Positions 1-7,504 of a stretch of 64,000 nucleotides of DNA are shown here, in pieces. The notes under the pieces are model-generated. The model saw nothing but the letters and a program-made list of their open reading frames with translations. It did not search any database and was not told the origin of the DNA. The number at the start of each line of letters is the position of its first letter. Positions within the stretch are counted from its first letter, which is position 1. A program made the position numbers and the translations under genes. The DNA is from Planctomycetota bacterium (GTDB lineage Bacteria; Planctomycetota; Phycisphaerae; SM23-33): NCBI GenBank assembly GCA_030635145.1, contig DAOVZK010000001.1, positions 23,381 to 87,380 on the forward strand, written 5' to 3'.

Positions 1-198
1 TTGACGCAGTTTACCCGAACAAGCGGTTTTTGCCCGCCCGCCACATCGCACAAACACCTGCCATGCAACAACTTATCGTTATTCAAAAAAATTCGAGATG
101 TTTGGGGTTGCTTACTTCACTCGCACCCGAATTTTGCCGAACTATTATAATGGCAGGGTTAACAGGCATCTACCTGCCGGGTTTTGTGTTAGTCAGGG

Positions 199-1878
199 GT
201 GCCGAGTTCAAGACGAAAAGGTGATGTTGTGAGTTTGATACTGGAGGTATTGGGCAAGGGTCTGGAGGCGGATCTTTGCGATGTTTTATTACCGTTTTAC
301 CGGATAAGCGAACCAGAATGGTCCGATTTTCAGGACAGCTGCGACACGGAGCGAAGTCCGGAGCTATTGCAGGGGCTGGAATTTTTGCGGTGCGGGGATT
401 TCGCCGCCGCCGAGAAGTTACTCGAAAATGTCTGCAGGAAAAATCCGCAAAGCACCGCTGCTTATGCGGGAATGATCGCTGCCCTGGAGAAGCTGGGCAA
501 ACTCGATCGCGTATTTGAGTTTCTCAAGAAACTCAACCAGATTTGCCCGTATCAGGCGCCAATTGAATTTGCGTTTGGTTTGTGCTACGAAAAACTCGGG
601 AAGCCAAAAAAGGCAGCGGTTCGATATCGCTGTGCCACGTCGCTGAACGAATCGTACATTGAGGGATGGGCAAGATTGGCGGCGGTGGATTTGGTTACGC
701 AAAATTACGACGAGGCCGCCGAGTGCTACGAGCGGTTGATTCGAATCGTACCGGAAGATAACCGGCTGCGTGCGTCGCTGGGTGGATTGTACTTGCTGGC
801 GGGGAAACCCGAAAAGGCCGGTGCGGTTTTTGATTCTGCCATTTCGCTGGAGCCCGAAAACTGGGGCGACGACGACGCGAAAGTTCCCGATATGATTGCG
901 GCCGGTAAGATTCGTCTTGCGATTGACTATCTACAGCAGTCGCTCGAAACCAAGGGCGACTTCGCCGACATTCACGTCAAAATCGCGAACCTTTACAGCA
1001 TGGTCGGCGACGATGGACCGGCAATGGAGCATTACCGCTACGCACTGAGCATCCACGGTGACTATCTCGACGCGCTGGTTCGCATGGGGTCGCACCATTT
1101 GGTTCACGGGCGATGGGAAGAAGCCGCCGAAACCTTCTACCTCGCCGCCGAACATAACGAACGGCTGCTCATAAACTATCTTGGCGTGGCGACGGCCTGC
1201 AAAACTATCGGCAAACCAAAGCACGCCGAGGAATACTACAACCTCGCGACGCAAATGGAACCCAACTGCTCGCTGCTGCATTCGCAAATGATACGCCTGC
1301 ATCACAAGATCACCACGGCGGAGGATTTTGTGCACAAGCTGCAGGATCAATCGGACACCGTTGCGATGAGCGGCGAGGCCGATTCGCAGTGCAAACCGCT
1401 ACCCGAAAATGAACTCACCGCCCACGCCCAGCGAGTCGCCAGCGAACCAAACTGCACCGAGGCGCGATTCCATTACGGTGTGCTGCTGCGGTCGGCGGGG
1501 CGGTCGAGTGAGGCGATTAAGGAATTTTATCAAACAGTGCGGAGTCAGCCGTTACATGCCTCGGGGTTGGTGAAACTTGGTGTGCTGCTGTGGGAGCAGA
1601 ACCGTCGCGACCAGGCCGAAACGATATTCGACCGAATTTTTCGGCCCGACACTAAGCAAATCGAGATTCACTATCGGCTGGGATTGCATTTTCACGACCC
1701 GCAACAGCTGCGCGAAATCGCTTGCGAAATGGCAAGCTCCGAAACGACCCCGATGGAAGAATCCGAAGCGCAAAATCACCTGATGCTGTCGCTGGGAAAC
1801 ATGGGGCTGGTCGACCGCGGTGCGATGGCGTGGAAATCTTTGAATCAGACACACGGTGCAAAAATCAGCAGCAAATAA
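199..1878 (+). CDS. TPR-repeat protein (tetratricopeptide repeats throughout; function unknown)
   Basis: 559-aa ORF with repeated 34-aa helical TPR-like units (e.g. AYAGMIAALEKLGKLDRVFEFLKK, WARLAAVDLVTQNYDEAAECYERLIRIVPEDN). The frame opens with GTG at 199. An alternative GTG at 229 lies 7 nt after an AAAAGG Shine-Dalgarno-like sequence. Confidence 0.55.
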   Translation: MPSSRRKGDVVSLILEVLGKGLEADLCDVLLPFYRISEPEWSDFQDSCDTERSPELLQGLEFLRCGDFAAAEKLLENVCRKNPQSTAAYAGMIAALEKLGKLDRVFEFLKKLNQICPYQAPIEFAFGLCYEKLGKPKKAAVRYRCATSLNESYIEGWARLAAVDLVTQNYDEAAECYERLIRIVPEDNRLRASLGGLYLLAGKPEKAGAVFDSAISLEPENWGDDDAKVPDMIAAGKIRLAIDYLQQSLETKGDFADIHVKIANLYSMVGDDGPAMEHYRYALSIHGDYLDALVRMGSHHLVHGRWEEAAETFYLAAEHNERLLINYLGVATACKTIGKPKHAEEYYNLATQMEPNCSLLHSQMIRLHHKITTAEDFVHKLQDQSDTVAMSGEADSQCKPLPENELTAHAQRVASEPNCTEARFHYGVLLRSAGRSSEAIKEFYQTVRSQPLHASGLVKLGVLLWEQNRRDQAETIFDRIFRPDTKQIEIHYRLGLHFHDPQQLREIACEMASSETTPMEESEAQNHLMLSLGNMGLVDRGAMAWKSLNQTHGAKISSK

Positions 1879-1899
1879 TCGCAGCGTCGGTGGGTTAGA

Positions 1900-2931
1900 T
1901 TATCGCGATTTGTACTCGGCGATGCCCGGTTCCGGCACGGCGTGGATGAGCATATTTATGATCGCGTCGGGTGTAATGCTTTCGGCGTCGGCGTTGAAGT
2001 TGGTGAATATGCGATGCCGTAGCACGGGGAAGCTCACGGTGCGGACATCCTCGGCCGAGACGTTAAACCGCCCATTAAGCAGCGCCCGCGACTTGGCACC
2101 AAGCACCAAGTACTGCGCCGCTCTCGGCCCGGCACCCCAAGTTAAATACTCCTTCACAAAATCCGGTGCCGTGGGATCTTTCGGCCTCGTCGCACGGGTA
2201 ATGTTCACGGCGTAGTCGATAATATGCTGCGAGACGGGCACCTTGCGGAGAATTTGCTGCAGGGCGAGAATGTCCTCGGCACTGAGAACACCTTGCGGCT
2301 CGGCGGCGGTAGTTGTGGTCGTTGCCTTGACGATTTCCCGCTCTTCATCGCGCGACGGATAATCCACCGCCACCATAAACATAAACCTGTCCAGCTGCGC
2401 CTCGGGCAGCGGATACGTGCCTTCCTGCTCAATCGGATTTTGCGTCGCCAGCACGAAAAACGGTTGGTCGAGCTGGTAGTCTTGACCACCAGCTGTGACG
2501 TGATACTCCTGCATCGCCTGCAAAAGTGCCGCCTGGGTTTTTGGTGGGGTGCGGTTGATTTCGTCGGCGAGAATGATATTCGAAAACAGCGGGCCTTTGA
2601 CGAATCGAAACTCGCGCCGCCCGGTGCTGCGGTCTTCCTCGATGATGTCCGTGCCGGTGATGTCCGACGGCATGAGGTCGGGGGTAAACTGAATACGATT
2701 GAACGACAGCTTAAGCACCTTGGCGAGCGTGGAAATCATCAGAGTTTTCGCCAACCCCGGCACGCCCACTAGCAAACAGTGCCCGCGCGACAGCATCGCC
2801 ATCGTCAGCAGCTCCAGCACCTCGTCCTGCCCGATGATTACCTTGCGAATTTCGGTGTGCATGGCTTGGCGAGTGCGGGCGAGTTGCTCGATGATACGAA
2901 TGTCGTTGGGTGTATGTGGTGCGTCTGTCAT
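1900..2931 (-). CDS. MoxR-family AAA+ ATPase
   Basis: Walker A LLVGVPGLAKT, Walker B ILADEINR, and the MoxR/AAA_3 signature FTPDLMPSDITGT. Length 343 aa. Convergent with the TPR gene. Confidence 0.85.
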   Translation of the reverse strand: MTDAPHTPNDIRIIEQLARTRQAMHTEIRKVIIGQDEVLELLTMAMLSRGHCLLVGVPGLAKTLMISTLAKVLKLSFNRIQFTPDLMPSDITGTDIIEEDRSTGRREFRFVKGPLFSNIILADEINRTPPKTQAALLQAMQEYHVTAGGQDYQLDQPFFVLATQNPIEQEGTYPLPEAQLDRFMFMVAVDYPSRDEEREIVKATTTTTAAEPQGVLSAEDILALQQILRKVPVSQHIIDYAVNITRATRPKDPTAPDFVKEYLTWGAGPRAAQYLVLGAKSRALLNGRFNVSAEDVRTVSFPVLRHRIFTNFNADAESITPDAIINMLIHAVPEPGIAEYKSR

Positions 2932-3097
2932 TTTTTGCTCCGAATGGTGGGGCGTTGTTTTTTCGTGACCGGCACGGCCGATCCTGCAAATAAGTGTACG
3001 ATTTACGAATCCTGTTGTCGAGGGGCTGCTGAAAGTTTAGAATCATGTCCGGTGAAAACACGATAAAAAATTCGGGAACCTCGAAAGGGAGATCGAC

Positions 3098-3718
3098 ATG
3101 AAAAAACTCAAAGCATTTGTGCTAACGACTATTCTCGGTGGCGTTGTGGTGATTTTACCAGCCGCGATTTTACTGTTTGTGTTCAAGTGGATTTTCGGGA
3201 TGGTTATAAGCGGCGTTCGCCCGGCGGCGGAAACACTCGTGGACCAATCCGACTTCGGATTCGCGCTGGCGACAATTATCGTGCTGGGCGTGATCATCGG
3301 AGCATGTTTTCTGCTGGGGCTGCTGATCCGAACCAAGGTTGGCAAGCTGATGCATCAGCTAATCGAAAACGCCATTCTCAGCCGCTTCCCCGGATACTCG
3401 CTGCTGCGCGAAACCGTCGGGCAACTTCTCGGCGGAAAAAAGTCGCCGTTTTCCACAGTCGCCCTCGCGCAAATCTACGGCAACGATACGCTGGTGACAG
3501 CGTTTGTTACCGACGAGCACGAAAACGGAATGTTCACGGTTTTCGTTCCCACAGGCCCGAACCCCACGAGCGGAAACATTTACCATCTCGAGGCGCAGTA
3601 CGTGCATGTGGTGGACGTTTCGGTGGAATCGACAATGCGGTCTATCATCAGCTGCGGTGCCGGGTCGACAAAACTCGTCGAAGAATTCGGTAAGAAAAAT
3701 CCAAGCAGCAATAATTAG
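3098..3718 (+). CDS. DUF502-family membrane protein
   Basis: N-terminal transmembrane helix, then C-terminal VFVPTGPNPTSGNIYHLEAQYVHVVDVSVESTMRSIISCG typical of DUF502. GGGAG Shine-Dalgarno-like sequence 8 nt upstream of the ATG. Confidence 0.65.
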   Translation: MKKLKAFVLTTILGGVVVILPAAILLFVFKWIFGMVISGVRPAAETLVDQSDFGFALATIIVLGVIIGACFLLGLLIRTKVGKLMHQLIENAILSRFPGYSLLRETVGQLLGGKKSPFSTVALAQIYGNDTLVTAFVTDEHENGMFTVFVPTGPNPTSGNIYHLEAQYVHVVDVSVESTMRSIISCGAGSTKLVEEFGKKNPSSNN

Positions 3719-3726
3719 ACATTCGT

Positions 3727-3842
3727 CCGGTGCCGGGTCAAGACCCGGCCTTGAGAGAGAGCTGTAGGTCATGCAACTTGTTGCATGACACGGAATAATA
3801 GGAGCATCTTAATTGCCATGCAACAAGTTGCATGACCTACAG
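3727..3842. repeat. Nested inverted-repeat element between convergent genes (probable bidirectional terminator or REP-like palindromic unit)
   Basis: Hairpin GCCGGGTC-aa-GACCCGGC at about 3732-3749. Then a 27-28 nt arm CTGTAGGTCATGCAACTTGTTGCATGAC (3762-3789) whose reverse complement recurs at 3815-3842 with 1 mismatch after a 25-nt spacer. Each arm contains its own palindrome CATGCAAC..GTTGCATG. Confidence 0.5.
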
Positions 3843-3847
3843 AAGAT

Positions 3848-4762
3848 CTAGGCTTTTTGCCGGCGGAGCGTCTTGAAGGTGCTTATCGCAGGGCCCATGA
3901 GTATGTAAGCCAGCACCAGCACCGCCATCGCCTGATACTCGAACATAACCAGCAGCAATATCACGACCACCATTTTGACGAGATAGCTGAATGGTTTTCG
4001 GCCGCGAATATAGTGGTTGACCAAATGTGGATACGTAAACTGCGACACCATCAGCAATGCACAAACCAGCGTTAGGATCGGCAAGGTGACGCTCATTCCG
4101 ATCAGTAGTACCGATTCTGGAACCAAGGCCTGGTCTTTCATGAGGCTGGTAAACAGCAGCACCATTGATCCAAGCCCGGCGGCGGCGGCGGGTGTTGGCA
4201 GTCCGCGAAAATCCATATGTGCCGACTCGTCCTGCTCGGTTTCTACGTTGAACCGCGCCAATCGCAGCACAGCGCAGGCAACATAGATGGCGGCGATACA
4301 CCACACGACGCGCTCCACGGGAATGTGCCGCTCGAACTGCGTACGCAAAATGGAAATCGCCGCGTGCAGTGTCAGCATCGCCGGGGCTACGCCGAAACTT
4401 ACCATATCGCAAAGGCTGTCGAGTTGCGCACCGAAATCGCTGGTCGTTCGCGTCATGCGGGCCACTCGACCGTCGAGCATATCGAAAATCATTGCACCGA
4501 AAATCAGCAGCGACGCTATTTTTAGATTCTTGACGGCTTCGATGGCGGCGTCCGAGTCGCCGAAGGTTACCCCGAAGCCGCTTTTCGATGCGTAGTAGAT
4601 CGCGGCGAATCCCAGCAGCCCGTTTAGCAGCGTAAACGATGCCGGGAGGACCGCCGTGCTTCGCAGCCGCCGGCGCGGCAGCGTGGAGATTGGCTCGTCG
4701 TCGGTCTCTTCAAGTATGTCGTCAATTTCAGTGTTGTCGGTATTTTCGGTATAATCAGCCAT
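3848..4762 (-). CDS. pssA: CDP-alcohol phosphatidyltransferase, probable phosphatidylserine synthase
   Basis: CDP-OH phosphatidyltransferase motif DMLDGRVARMTRTTSDFGAQLDSLCD. Acidic N-terminus, C-terminal transmembrane helices. Start chosen at MADYTEN; the longer ORF start at 4825 would overlap psd by 71 nt. Sits directly downstream of psd in the same orientation. Confidence 0.7.
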   Translation of the reverse strand: MADYTENTDNTEIDDILEETDDEPISTLPRRRLRSTAVLPASFTLLNGLLGFAAIYYASKSGFGVTFGDSDAAIEAVKNLKIASLLIFGAMIFDMLDGRVARMTRTTSDFGAQLDSLCDMVSFGVAPAMLTLHAAISILRTQFERHIPVERVVWCIAAIYVACAVLRLARFNVETEQDESAHMDFRGLPTPAAAAGLGSMVLLFTSLMKDQALVPESVLLIGMSVTLPILTLVCALLMVSQFTYPHLVNHYIRGRKPFSYLVKMVVVILLLVMFEYQAMAVLVLAYILMGPAISTFKTLRRQKA

Positions 4763-5465
4763 CGCTGGGTTCCTCTTGTTTGCATTTTTTGCACTTGGCG
4801 AGGATCGTTTCACCGGCCCGCACATGATCGGAAATTGAAACGCAAATCTCGCCCGCCAATTCCTGCGGGAGCAGCAGTTCCAGACGCGACCCGAATTTTA
4901 TCATACCCATCCGCGACCCGCGAGTAACAGTTTGCCCTTTGTCCACGGCAGTGACGATGCGTCGCGCGACAAGCCCGGCGATCTGACGGAAAACGACCGG
5001 ATACTGCCTACCGTTATGCGTATGCGTCATGCGAATCGTCGCCGACTCGTTTCGCTCTGAGGCGTGGGAGTCGCGAACGTCCAGAAACGCACCGGCGCGA
5101 TGTGTGACATCTTCGATTACTCCGTCGCAGGGCACACGGTTGACGTGCACGTTGAACACGTTCATGAATATTCCGATTTGTACGCCGTTTTCACCGAGAA
5201 TGCTTTCAGCCCCGAGCGGGGTAATGTCTGCGACGACTCCGTCGGCGGGGCTTATGAACAAACCGTCGCCGGTTGGTGTTTGGCGGGTCGGGTCGCGGAA
5301 AAACCACAGCACCCAGCCCCACACGACCAGTGCGAGAAGGGATATGAATCCAAACGCCCAGCAAACAGTCGCCCCCAGCAATGCGCCAACCGCGCAAAGC
5401 CCGAGCAGTGCCATTGTCAAAATGCCAACTTCACGCAAACCGTGTTTTGTAATCATAGTCATCAC
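4755..5465 (-). CDS. psd: Phosphatidylserine decarboxylase-related protein (short archaeal-type Psd)
   Basis: 236 aa, N-terminal membrane anchor, and FGSRLE close to the C-terminus at the position of the Psd self-cleavage GS(T) motif. Overlaps the pssA start by about 8 nt, suggesting translational coupling. Confidence 0.65.
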   Translation of the reverse strand: MMTMITKHGLREVGILTMALLGLCAVGALLGATVCWAFGFISLLALVVWGWVLWFFRDPTRQTPTGDGLFISPADGVVADITPLGAESILGENGVQIGIFMNVFNVHVNRVPCDGVIEDVTHRAGAFLDVRDSHASERNESATIRMTHTHNGRQYPVVFRQIAGLVARRIVTAVDKGQTVTRGSRMGMIKFGSRLELLLPQELAGEICVSISDHVRAGETILAKCKKCKQEEPSDG

Positions 5466-5661
5466 CGCAAAACAATACTCTCACCGCGCGATATAGTCCA
5501 TCGAAAATTACGTAGGGCCAAGGCTCCCAACCACAAAACCTTCTGGGGGCGGCATCCTTTCCCTTGCCAAATCTGCGTATTAGCGTATACTTCAGCATAC
5601 GAATCCCCGCGGAATGACATTTTTCTGGTTTTTCTGATATGGCGGATATGGAGTAAATACT

Positions 5662-6141
5662 ATGAGACAATATCAAGGTCAGCTGACGACACCACAAGAG
5701 GCACGGTTTGCCATCGTTGTCGGGCGGTTTAATGAGTTTATCACCAGCAAGTTGCTCGGCGGAGCGGTTGATACGCTTGAGCGTCACGGCGTACAGCAGG
5801 AAGACATCGAAGTCGTCTGGTCTCCGGGCAGTTTCGAGATTCCGGTAATCGCCGGGCGTCTAGCCAAGAGCGAACAATACGACGCCGTCATCTGCCTCGG
5901 GGCAGTCATCCGCGGCGGAACCGACCACTACCAGTATGTCGCCTCGGAAGTCGCCAAGGGCATTTCCATCGTGTCGATCCAGACGGGCGTACCGTGTATC
6001 TTCGGCGTGCTGACGTGCGATACGGTCGAGCAGGCTGTCGACCGGGCCGGTGCCAAGAGCGGAAACAAAGGCTCCGACGCAGCGATGTCCGCACTCGAAA
6101 TGGTAAACCTTTTCAACCAACTTCCCGGTAGCAAAGCATAA
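5662..6141 (+). CDS. ribH: 6,7-dimethyl-8-ribityllumazine synthase
   Basis: [24 protein letters not shown]...[26 protein letters not shown] is a canonical RibH sequence. GGAG Shine-Dalgarno-like sequence upstream. Confidence 0.9.
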   Translation: MRQYQGQLTTPQEARFAIVVGRFNEFITSKLLGGAVDTLERHGVQQEDIEVVWSPGSFEIPVIAGRLAKSEQYDAVICLGAVIRGGTDHYQYVASEVAKGISIVSIQTGVPCIFGVLTCDTVEQAVDRAGAKSGNKGSDAAMSALEMVNLFNQLPGSKA

Positions 6142-6142
6142 C

Positions 6143-6613
6143 GTGAATCAACACCGTTCAAGACGTTTGGCGTTGCAGGGTTTGTGCTGCATCGACTCGC
6201 AGGGCACGCAGGGCTGGGCGATGGTGGAGGAATTCATCCGCGACTCACACGAGCCTTCGACGGTAGTCGATCGCGCGTTGCAGATGCTGGCAGAATCGTT
6301 CGACGACCGCTCGGAATGCGATGAAGTTCTCAAACGTCATGCGCGGCGATGGGATATTCCGCGACTTGCGCTGGTAGATCGAAACATTTTGCGATTAGGC
6401 GTACACGAGCTGCGCGAGGGCAAAACTCCATTTAAAGTTGTCATCTCCGAGGCGCTTCGTCTGGCACGCGAATTTTCCTCAGCCGAAAGCCCCAGATTCG
6501 TAAACGGCATCCTCGACGCCGTCGCCCGCGAACTGGCACATCCAATCGAGGACAAAACCGACGCACCCACCGATGGCGAATCTGGTACGCCAACCGAACC
6601 CACCGACAAATAA
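6143..6613 (+). CDS. nusB: Transcription antitermination factor NusB
   Basis: N-terminal RRLALQGL and C-terminal PRFVNGILDAV NusB signatures. GTG start 1 nt after the ribH stop, the classic ribH-nusB arrangement. Confidence 0.85.
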   Translation: MNQHRSRRLALQGLCCIDSQGTQGWAMVEEFIRDSHEPSTVVDRALQMLAESFDDRSECDEVLKRHARRWDIPRLALVDRNILRLGVHELREGKTPFKVVISEALRLAREFSSAESPRFVNGILDAVARELAHPIEDKTDAPTDGESGTPTEPTDK

Positions 6614-6634
6614 CCCCACAGAGATTGTGTGGGT
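6614..6634 (+). terminator. Possible intrinsic terminator hairpin after nusB
   Basis: CCCCACA-gagattg-TGTGGGT stem-loop immediately after the nusB stop. The trailing sequence is only weakly T-rich. Confidence 0.3.
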
Positions 6635-6657
6635 AAGTCTCTCATTCATTCGAAATT

Positions 6658-7455
6658 TTACTTCGTATTTAGGAACTCAAATTTCCGCTGTACGCAGCAG
6701 GGGCAATTATTGGCTGGTTTGGGGGATATCGTCAGCTGCTGGACGCGATTCGTCCACAGGTCGAGTTTTGTCAGATATGGCGAGACGCTATCGGCGTTGC
6801 CCGAGAGAATTTTCATTGCCTCAACGACTTCCATGGATGCTATCGCCGCCACCGCTCCGCCCAGCACACCAAGCGACGATGCCTTCATCGCCAGCTCGCT
6901 GTCTCTCGGGGGTGGGGTTTCGTAGATGCACCTCAAGCAGCCCGACGTTCCCGGAATGACCGCCATCACATGACCCTGCGCCTGCACAACACCGGCGAAA
7001 ATCCACGGAGTTCCGCTGCTGACGGCAAAATCGTTGAGCAAAAACCGCGACGCCCAATCGTCTGTCCCGTCGATGATCAAATCAACCCCGGTTGCGAGTT
7101 CTGCGATGTTCCCCGATGTCGCTCGTTCGGTTATCGCTTCGACTTCGACGTTGCTGTTAATTTGCGATATTCGCGCAGCTGCGGCCAAGGCCTTTGGCTT
7201 ACCGGCAGCGACGTCAGCCTCGGTGTACATCCCCTGGCGGGCAAGGTTGCTCCAGTCGACGATGTCGTCGTCGGCTAGTCGTAATTTTCCGCACCCGGCT
7301 CGGGCTAACAGTTCCGCCACCCACGATCCAAGCCCACCAGCCCCGACAATCAGAACCGTCGCCCCGCAAAGTTTCCGCTGCCCGGACTGTCCAAGCAAAG
7401 CGAAAAGCTCCTGCCGCTGATATCGCCCATCGTAATTATTCTGCCGCTGAGTCAT
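6658..7455 (-). CDS. ThiF/MoeB/HesA-family E1-like adenylyltransferase with C-terminal CxxC pairs
   Basis: ATVLIVGAGGLGSWVAELLARAGCGKLRLADDDIVDWSNLARQ (Rossmann GxGxxG plus the E1 motif). C-terminal CLRC...CPCC zinc site. Start set at MTQRQ (7455). The longer ORF to 7617 would run into the divergent promoter of the next gene. Confidence 0.75.
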   Translation of the reverse strand: MTQRQNNYDGRYQRQELFALLGQSGQRKLCGATVLIVGAGGLGSWVAELLARAGCGKLRLADDDIVDWSNLARQGMYTEADVAAGKPKALAAAARISQINSNVEVEAITERATSGNIAELATGVDLIIDGTDDWASRFLLNDFAVSSGTPWIFAGVVQAQGHVMAVIPGTSGCLRCIYETPPPRDSELAMKASSLGVLGGAVAAIASMEVVEAMKILSGNADSVSPYLTKLDLWTNRVQQLTISPKPANNCPCCVQRKFEFLNTK

Positions 7456-7504
7456 GGGTGTAGTATAGTCTGTGGGAGGAAATTTTGCTATAATCATAAG
7501 GTAA

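Noticed and set aside
30-224. 64-aa ORF at the window start
   Set aside because: Short, no motif, lies in the upstream region of the TPR gene. Likely non-coding.
5466-5661. Possible FMN riboswitch (RFN element) upstream of ribH
   Set aside because: Looked for the conserved RFN core segments (e.g. GGATGGGGGC / CCGACGGT-like blocks) and found none. The region looks like a plain divergent promoter.
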